Part shown: positions 56,076 through 64,000 of the stretch, one piece after another | Layout of the letters: every line of letters starts with the position of its first letter | How positions within the stretch are numbered: the stretch's first letter is position 1 | NCBI RefSeq assembly: GCF_009914755.1 | Contig: NC_060927.1 | Source: the human T2T-CHM13v2.0 reference genome, Homo sapiens | DNA: 64,000 bases | Strand: one strand, 5' to 3' | Position numbers and translations under genes: made by a program | The notes under the pieces: generated by a model | Seen by the model: only the letters and a program-made list of their open reading frames with translations | The model's database searches: none | Told to the model about the DNA's origin: nothing

Positions 56076-58500
56076 TTAAGATGTATGCAGTTTACTGTAT
56101 ATAAATTACATCTTAATTGTTTTTTAGCTGGACTAGATCCTCTCTGAGCTTCTTCTAATTCTCTTGCCTTTAGGGTTCTGGGGTAGAGTGCAGCTACTCT
56201 GCAGCCTCACTTCTGTGGGCTCCTTTAGGGGCGGGGTGCTGTGGCCAGAGGGGCCAGGACAGGAATTCACAGACCTGGGCACTGGACACTGGCCAGGTAC
56301 AGTCATGGGGAGCAGAAGCAGAATGAAAGCAGAGGAAGCCAGTCGGTGGCAAGAAGGTGAAGCAGAAAGAGAGAAGAAAGAAGAGAGGAGGAAAAGGGGA
56401 AAGAGAGAGATAAAGGAAGGCTAAGAGAGAGACGAAGAGGAGGGCAGAGAGCCCAAGAGTGACAGACGAAGGAAGAGACTGAGAGAGGTAGACACAGAGA
56501 GAGCTAGGGAAAGAGACAGAGAGAGGCCGATTGCCATGTGTGGCCCCAGCGAGGCAGCTGTTTTGCGTTTTACTCAGTTTGTTTTCAGCCCTGACTTCCA
56601 TATCCTATAAGGCCACCTGGGTTCCAAGCCTGTCCCTGAATCTCCACGACCCTGAGCTGTACTTGCTTCCAATGAAGACCCGATTACCTTGTGCGGACTT
56701 GAGGGAGGCCCTCTTTCTCGTGCAGCCTGAAATGTGTCCCCGGTGCTGGGTGGTCATTCCTTTCTTGTGTGTCAGCCTCACCTCAAGAACTAGGAGTGTC
56801 TGGAGGGTAGGAAGACGCTGCCACCCACTTGCATCCTCTAATCTTCCACAGCTGACCCCAGTGGGTGAAGGTCAGATAGCTGAGTTGAGCAGTTACTTCA
56901 TCATCTCTACCAGGAAGCATTCAAGGGCGTTACAAGGTGCTCACACCCTTCAGATGTGCTTGGGACAATGGCCCCAGCCCCTGGGCCTCCCTGCTAGGTC
57001 CTGGTTGTGGGACTGGGGAGAAACTGGTGGGGGCAACAGAGGGGGTAGGGTGGGAGCAAGATGTCCAGGTTGGAAAACAGTGGAGGCATCTTCTGTGCTG
57101 GGCGAAGTAGGGTGGGCCCTAAATGGGAAGATTGGTCGCACAGTAGAACTGGAGGCATTAGAAGGTGGGGCTCACTCAGCCAAGAGGTGCAGGGTGAGTC
57201 AAGCAAGGCTGTGGGAAGGCCTTGGGGCCGGTATGCTGGAAAGACCTGGGCAGGCGTGGTATGTCTGTTGCACAATTTTCCAGTGGTCACTGGACTTTGG
57301 CTGAGTAGCCAGAACCCAAATCCTCCTCTGCCTGCCTTCCAGACAGCCAGAAGGCCCAGGGTCCCAGCTGAGTGGATTAACTACCAATCACCACATAAGC
57401 GGCCCAGTTTGAAATTTGAGGGATGGCACGAGGTCCAGCTTCTGCTAGGACTTCTCTCATCCACTGCCAAGAGAGTTTTGTCTGAAGGCAGCCCTAAGCG
57501 CATGCTAGGCATGCCTCAGTTTTGTGTCCGGGATGACTGGGCTTTCTGGAGTCTACAGTGTGCTTACCGACTGTGGGCTGTTTTCTGCCTGACGGCCCAG
57601 CCCTGAGATCTGGGACTTTCCATCTTTTTGTTCTCAGATGGCCTGGTCTGAGGCCTTAGATCTTTGGGAATGTCTTTGCCTGTGTCCCAAGGGTGACACT
57701 AAGGAGGTCTGAGTTCTCTTCCATTCCCTCTGGCTGGAATGCTGTGAGTGTGGCTGGAGGATGTCTTGCATGTGGTTCCCATCTGCATCTTCAATAGCCT
57801 TCCAGCAAGACAGGAGGCTGACAGGGTCTCTGTTCTAATGGGAGCTGCATGGGTGTTTTAGTCAACAGGGAGACTTGTCTTTGAGGAACTGGGGAGAAAG
57901 CAGAGATACTTTTCACTTCTCCCACATCACTTTTATTCCATGTTGTATCAACAGCCGATCTTGGGTGTAGAATTAAAATCTTATTTTTGAGCAGATTCTG
58001 GCCCCACCACTAAGTTGCTGTGTGACCTGGGGCCACCCACTTGCCATCTCTGTGCCTCAGGTTCCTCGCCTGGCTGTACCTCTTCCCACTTAGTGATCCA
58101 TGGCTCCTGTGAGCTCCAAACCTGCCAGTCCTCTGAAAGAAATCACAATTTTCCTTGTGTTTCAAAAACCAAGGACAAGCACTGATATGCAATCGTTCAT
58201 CGCTCTCCTGGCCCCCAACAATGTAAGCCTTGGTTTCTCTGTAGGTGGAGTTAGTGTAATCAGCCCTCCCAGGCTGCAGAAGGAACTGGTACTTGTGGGA
58301 TTTGCAAACTGAAATAAGTGATGCAAAGATTTATACCAATATCCGCCCCAACCCTCCCAGGTCCCACGAGTGTAATTTCCTTGCCTGTGTTCCCCACAAC
58401 ACCCTGTGTTCCTCGGGCCTGTCCTCCCTCAGCAGGGCCTGCAATGGCCAGTCCTTACATTCTGAGAGCCTGTGCCTAATGTCTTGTGTCCCTAATATCT

Positions 58501-58609
58501 TGTGTGTGTGTGTTGGGGTGTGTATGTATTGGGGCGTATATGTGTTGGAGTATGTGTTTGTTGGGGTGTGTGTGTGTTGTGTGTGTGTGTATTGGGGTGT
58601 GTGTTGGAA
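58501..58609 (+). repeat. Short TG/GGGG low-complexity block flanked by 30-bp direct repeats
   Basis: TGTGCCTAATGTCTTGTGTCCCTAATATCT at 58471-58500 and 58610-58639. Confidence 0.9.
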
Positions 58610-58774
58610 TGTGCCTAATGTCTTGTGTCCCTAATATCTCTGGGAGGTGGGGAGCAGTATCACTTCCACTTTAAGGACAAGACGCCTGGATCCCAGAGTT
58701 TAGACCACGTAACTGCACCTACGGTTCTTATTTCTCCCCAGGCTTAGCTTTAAGCTGTGCCTTGAAGCTGGGGA

Positions 58775-59599
58775 TGTGTGAGACTGTGTGTGTGTGTGTG
58801 TGTGTGTGTCTGTGTATGAGTGCATTGGTCTGTGTGTGTATTGAGCTGTGTGTGTTGGGTTGTGTGTGTGTTGGGGGTATGTGTTTTAAGGCGTGTGTTG
58901 GGGTATGTGTGTTGAAGTATGTGTGTGTTGGAGTATGTGGGTGTTGGTGTCCGTGGGGGGATTGTGTGTGTGTTGGGGTGTGTGGGTATTGGGGTATGTT
59001 GGAGTATGTGTGTGTCAGAATGTGTGTTTTGGGATGTTTGTGTTGGGGTGTGTGTGTTGGGGCATATGTGTATTAAGGTGTGTGTGTTGGAGTATGTGTG
59101 TGTTGGAGTATGTGTGTATTGATGTGTGTGTGTATTGGGGTGTGTGTGTTGGAGTATGTGCGTGTTGAAGTATGCGCGTGTTGCTGTGTGTGTGTGTGTT
59201 GGGGTGTGTATGTATTGGGGCATGTATGTGTTGGAGTATGTTTTTGTTGGGATGTGTGTGTGTTGGGTGTGTGTGCATTGGGGTGTGTGTTGGAATGTGT
59301 GTGTTGGGATGTGTGTTGGAGTGTGCATTGGGGTGTGTGTTGGGGTATATGTGTATTGGGGTGTGTGTGTTGGAGTGCGTGTGTTGGGGTGTGTATGTAT
59401 TGGGGTGTGTGTGTGTTGGGGTGTGTGTGTGTTGGAGTATGTGTGTGTTAGGGAGTGTATGTGTTTTGAGGGTATGTGTGTTGGGGTGTGTGTTGAGGGC
59501 ATATGTGTGTGTTGGGGTGTGTGTATTAGGATGTGTATGTATTGGAGTATATACGTGTTGGGGTGTGTGTGTGTTGAGGATGTATTTATGTATTTGTTG

Positions 59600-59630
<31 letters not shown>
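58775..59630 (+). repeat. Degenerate (TG)n/TTGGGG minisatellite-like array
   Basis: ~850 bp of units such as TTGGGGTGTGTGTG and TTGGAGTATGTG, with pure (TG)n at both ends. Confidence 0.95.
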
Positions 59631-60410
59631 CATGGAGTGATCTGCTGCATGAAATGACTGGCCCTGAAACACAGTAAGTTCTCAGTAAATGTGGGTCACT
59701 GTGAAGGCTTGGAACTTCTATTTCTTAACTTAGTTTTTTTTTATCAAGTGTAACATTCAGCAAAGTGCGTGCATCTTAAGGGTGGGGTTTGATTAACTTT
59801 TGCCTGTGTATATAAGCATACAACCACCCCCAGGGTCAATCAATATATTGGACACTTGCAGCTCCCCAGCAAGCTCCCTCCAGCCTCAATTTCTCCATTC
59901 TCCAGACTTCTATCATTACAGATTAGTTGTGCCTAGGTTTGGTCACCATGTAAATGGAGCCACACAAGTTGTGTGTACTGTGTATATACACACAGGATAT
60001 GTGCACTCTTCTGTGCCTGGTTTCCTCTGTTGAACACAAAGCCTGTGTGTTGAATCCATGTTGTGTGTAGCAGCAGCCTTTTTCCTTTTGATGTGCTGTT
60101 AGCATTGCATTGAACTGCCCCCCACGTGTCTATCCATTCTCCTGATGATGGACATTTGGTCTGTTGCCAGTTGTGGCTATTACGCATCAAGCTTCTGTGA
60201 ACAGGGCTTCTGAGGACATAAGCACTGATTTCAGTTGGGCATCTACCTAGAAGAGAATGTGCTAGGTCTTAGGGTCTATGTAGACTGAGTTTAGCATTAG
60301 AATACTAATATATAATATAATGCTGCCAAAAGTTTTCTGAAGTGGTGTTAAGTGATGATCCAAACAGCAATAGTTGAGGGTTCCAGTTGCTCCATACCCA
60401 CATCCTCACT

Positions 60411-60791
60411 GTGCAGGCTGGTTTCTCTGGGAGCAGATTTGGCCATGGAGTTTGGATCTGGAGACAGTTATTGGGGATCCACACCTGTGAAGAGAAAAGG
60501 AAGGAACAAGTTGGGGCAGAGAGAAGAGCTGAGCTGTGACTCAGGCTAGACAAAGCCCCAGTTAACCTAGCAGGGAGCTGGCTGGCGTGAGTTCTGCCCA
60601 GCAGCGTGACCCACATCCAGTGGAAACAAAAGGCTGACCTCTAAGCCCTGCTGCACTCTGCCGCCTGATCTGGGCTGCCCCAGGAGGGCCATGACCTAGG
60701 GCGGGGTGGCTCTCCTAGCAGAGGTAGACCTTGGAGGAGCCGACAGCTGCAGGCCACCTGCTGACAGCAGTATAGCTGCCAGTGCACCACA
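60411..60791 (-). mobile_element. LTR33-like ERVL solo LTR
   Basis: GGGAGCAGA...GGGGATCCACACCTGTGAAGAG...GGGCAGAGAGAAGAGCTGAGCTGTGA; breaks L1 continuity. Confidence 0.6.
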
Positions 60792-60976
60792 CCTGCTAGC
60801 CATTTTAGTGAGGAGTGTGATGGCATCTTCCTGTGACTTTAATCTGCATTTCCAAGATGTTAATAATGCTTATATGATAATTGGCTATTTAGATGTGCTT
60901 TTTGGTGCAGTCTCTGTTCACAGCTTTTTGCCCACTTTAAAAACTGGGATGTCTGTCTTTTTCTTTCTCTTTTTCT

Positions 60977-61268
60977 TTTTGAGACAGGGTCTTGCTCTGG
61001 CACCCAGGCTGAAGTGCAGTCACGTGATCACGGCTCACTGCAGTCTGGATCTCCAGGGCTCAAGCAATCCTCCCAACTCACCCTCACAAGTAGCTGGGAG
61101 CACAGGTGCCCCTACCACACCCAGCTATTTTTTTTTTTTTTTAATTTTAGTAGAGACATGGTCTCGCTGTGTTGCCCAGGCTGGCCTCAAGCTCCTGAGC
61201 TCAAGTGATCCTCCTGCCTCGGCTTCCCAAAGTGCTGCGATTACAGATATGAGCCACTGTGCCTAGCC
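60977..61268 (-). mobile_element. AluJ
   Basis: GAGACAGGGTCTTGCTCT...GCTCAAGTGATCCTCCTGCCTCGG...CCACTGTGCCTAGCC. Confidence 0.9.
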
Positions 61269-62378
61269 TGTCTTTTTCTTATTAATTTATAAAAGTTCTT
61301 TGTATGTTCTGGATATTGGTATTTATTTTCATAGATGTATTTCAAACATCTCTCAACCTGTTTGGTTAAGAAATTTTTGTCTACCCCAGGGTCATGAAGA
61401 TATTCTTGTATTTTATTTTCCAGAAGATTTTTTGTTTTAATTTAGGTCTATGATGGATCTCGAATTAATTTTGGGGTATGATATGAGGTAGGCCCATTTT
61501 TCCCCCATATGACTCTCCAATTGAACTAATACCATTTATTAAATATCACCTTTCCTCACTGAATTGTGCATCTTTCTTGTGAATCCAGGGATTGAACACG
61601 TGTGGGTTTGTTTCTGGGCTCCCTACTGTGTTGTATTGGTCCACTTGACTAGGATCACAGTATGCCACACTGCCTTCTTACTCTGGATTTAGAAAAAACC
61701 CTTGACATCCAGTACATTAAGTCATCCAGCTTCGTACTCTTGTGAGATTGCTTTACCTATTCTAGGTCCTTGGAATTTCCACATAAATTTTGAAAACAGC
61801 ATGCCAATTTTCTTGTAAATACCTGCTGGAATGGGTTTGTATTAAACATACAGATCAATCTGGCAACTTAATATTGTAATAATATTAAGCTGGTCAAACA
61901 ACAAGCAGGCTACAGTCCTCTATTTAGGTCTTCTTTAATTTCTCTACACTGTTTTGTGTCGTCATAGAGGTCTTGTGCTTCTTTCATTAGACTTACTCAT
62001 AAGTATTTGATGATTATTTTGGTATTATTGTAAATGGCACCTCAAAATTTTCATTTGGTAATTGTTGCCAGCACATACACACTAAACTAATTTTTGTATG
62101 TTGATTATATCCAGCAATCTTGCTAAACTTACTCATTAATACTAATAGGTTATTATTGGATTTTGGATTTTTTCCATATACAATATTATCATCTTAAATA
62201 ATGAGTTTGTATGTTTCATTTCAAACTTTATTATTTTTATTTTTATTTCTGCCTCATCGAAACAACTGGGCTCTGCTGTATAATGTTGAATAGAAATGAT
62301 AGTGGCGGACATCCATTTCTTGTTCCTATCCTTAGGAGAAAAGCATTCAGTATTTTACCATTAATGATGATGTTAGCT

Positions 62379-62415
62379 GTGTGTGTGTGTGTGTGTGAGC
62401 GTGCGCGCACACACA
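62379..62415. repeat. Alternating purine-pyrimidine tract (TG)n-GCGCGC-(CA)n
   Basis: GTGTGTGTGTGTGTGTGTGAGCGTGCGCGCACACACAT. Confidence 0.85.
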
Positions 62416-64000
62416 TTTCTTTGATGGAAACTCTTTATCAGATTAAGAAAGTTCTCCTCTGTGCCTCTTTTGCTGAGAGTTAAAAAAAAACATGAATAAG
62501 TATTGAATTTTAATGAATCTTTGCCCATATGTATTGATTTTCATTCACATCTTCAGCTGCACCTCTCGAAAGCTGGAAAGTGGTATGTGGCTGGTGTCAG
62601 GCCAGAGGTTTCAGAGGGAGTCCTGCCCCTGTGGAGACCGGATGTGACGGTTACAGGAGGGCCGGAATGGGAGACAGCCCTAAAGGCACAAGTCAGCCCC
62701 AAAGACACAAGTCAGTGACACTGACGTGATCACGCACCTCGGTCCTTGTGAACTCCTCTTCTACTCACTCCCAGCAAGCACTTGGGATCTGTTTTCTGAA
62801 TGGTAACTAGTGCCATGCATATAACCCTGTGGCAGGAACTGTGCTAGGCATGATGGGAGGGCACAGGACATAGCTACTGCCCCTCCAGGGCGCTGGGGGT
62901 GTCTCCATGTATCACACCATCCTGCAGTTCCTAGGAGGGCCCCAACTCTGGGCTAGAGCTACAGGCCTGTGTCCCTTGCCTCCACCAGCCCCGCAGCACC
63001 CCCTCCCTGCCCCCGCCAGAGACCAGGGCCCTCAGGAGCAGTCAGACCGACCACGAACAAACAGGGCAAGAGCAGTGGAAAATGCCCCAAATGGTCCCCA
63101 CCCTCACCCATCTCTCCCCGCTGGTCAGTTGTCTTGTGGATTCTTGGCCTTCCCAGTGCGGTCTGGGAAGACTTAGATGGTTTCCTTCCAAAGCCCCAAG
63201 AAGCCAAGAACAGGAGCTGCTCCAGGCCATTTCTGTCCCTGGGTCTCCTTTCAAAGGATTTCTGGGTCAATGAAGACACAATGTGGCTTGTGGGCAGTCA
63301 AGAGAGAGGGCCTATCGTTGTTTCAGATTTCTGGCTTGGCTCAGAGATTCAGACTCTCCAATTCCCACACTAGATGCCTCAGTCCACTGGGATAAAGGCC
63401 TTGCCTCCAAAGAATGGCCATGACATTTGTTGTTTCTGCCGTGTCTGCTCAGCCTCCCTCACTGTCTTCCATAGCAAGCCTCTGTTCCAGCCAGCTTAGT
63501 GTGGAACTTAGGAATTTTTGGGTTATAAATGATAGACACTCACGATAAACTAGCCCAACTCCTAAAGCGGGGATTTATTGGTTCACAGATCTAAAAAGCC
63601 TAGGAGAAAATGGCCTCAGGTTGGGCTGGATCCAGGTGCTCAAACACTGTCACCAGGAATGTGACTGTCTCCATCTGTGGCTCTGTTTTCTCCCGTATGG
63701 GTTTTATTATCTTCCTTTGTGGTGGCAAAGATTGGGCTTGCATCCTTCCAGCTTGACAACTCTGTTGGAAAGACAACACTTTTTTCAATAGGTGCAGCAA
63801 CAATCTCAGGAAAGGCTCTCATTGGCCCAGCTGAATTCACACACCCATATCATGAGAATCAGCCTCACTAGAAACACATGATCTGAGGATGTGGGAAATG
63901 TGCATCCTCAGAGGAAAAAAAATGGGTGTTACAACCAGAATTAAGGGTTTTAAACAAGCAAAATCAGTAGGTGCCACCTCTTCTAGCTGCCCTGCCACCT

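Larger units (their letters stand above)
59735..62540 (-). mobile_element. Old L1M 3' half, interrupted by an LTR33-like element and AluJ
   Basis: TATCCATTCTCCTGATGATGGACATTTGG..., TTATATCCAGCAATCTTGCTAAAC..., GTATAATGTTGAATAGAAATGATAG. Confidence 0.78.

Noticed and set aside
57498-57516. p53-like site GCGCATGCT-AGGCATGCCT
   Set aside because: Only one perfect half-site; the partner is degenerate and overlaps by one base
56531-57606. 257-aa and 181-aa overlapping ORFs
   Set aside because: No recognisable domain, the longer one starts at TTG, and such lengths occur by chance in GC-richer DNA
58750-59677. Long His/Thr-rich and Cys/Val-rich ORFs (up to 250 aa) on both strands
   Set aside because: Translations of the (TG)n/(CA)n array, which lacks stop codons by composition

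Overview
Primate (human/great-ape-like) genomic DNA that is mostly intergenic and repeat-derived. The only host coding sequence I recognise is the last exon of LSM3 (+ strand, 1896-1976, [26 protein letters not shown]) with its 3' UTR, which in human would place the window at 3p25.1 downstream of LSM3. The main element is a ~5.2-kb, internally deleted HERV-K(HML-6)/LTR3-type provirus (28932-34136, + strand, TSD TTTTAT). It retains remnants of gag MA/NC, dUTPase, protease, RNase H and integrase, plus a 202-codon open env TM frame. The rest is many Alus (J, S, Y, one Yd-type), old L1M, L2, MaLR/ERVL LTRs, hAT MITEs and simple repeats. I found no convincing novel multi-gene system. The best second-look items are a PBS-like segment inside the HML-6 3' LTR end, the restarted env TM ORF, and several local rearrangement scars (templated insertion with a 30-bp duplication, 134-bp Alu-arm tandem duplication, 168-bp dispersed duplication, fold-back palindrome). 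Repeat subfamily names come from recalled consensus similarity, not a RepeatMasker run, and boundaries of old repeats are approximate.
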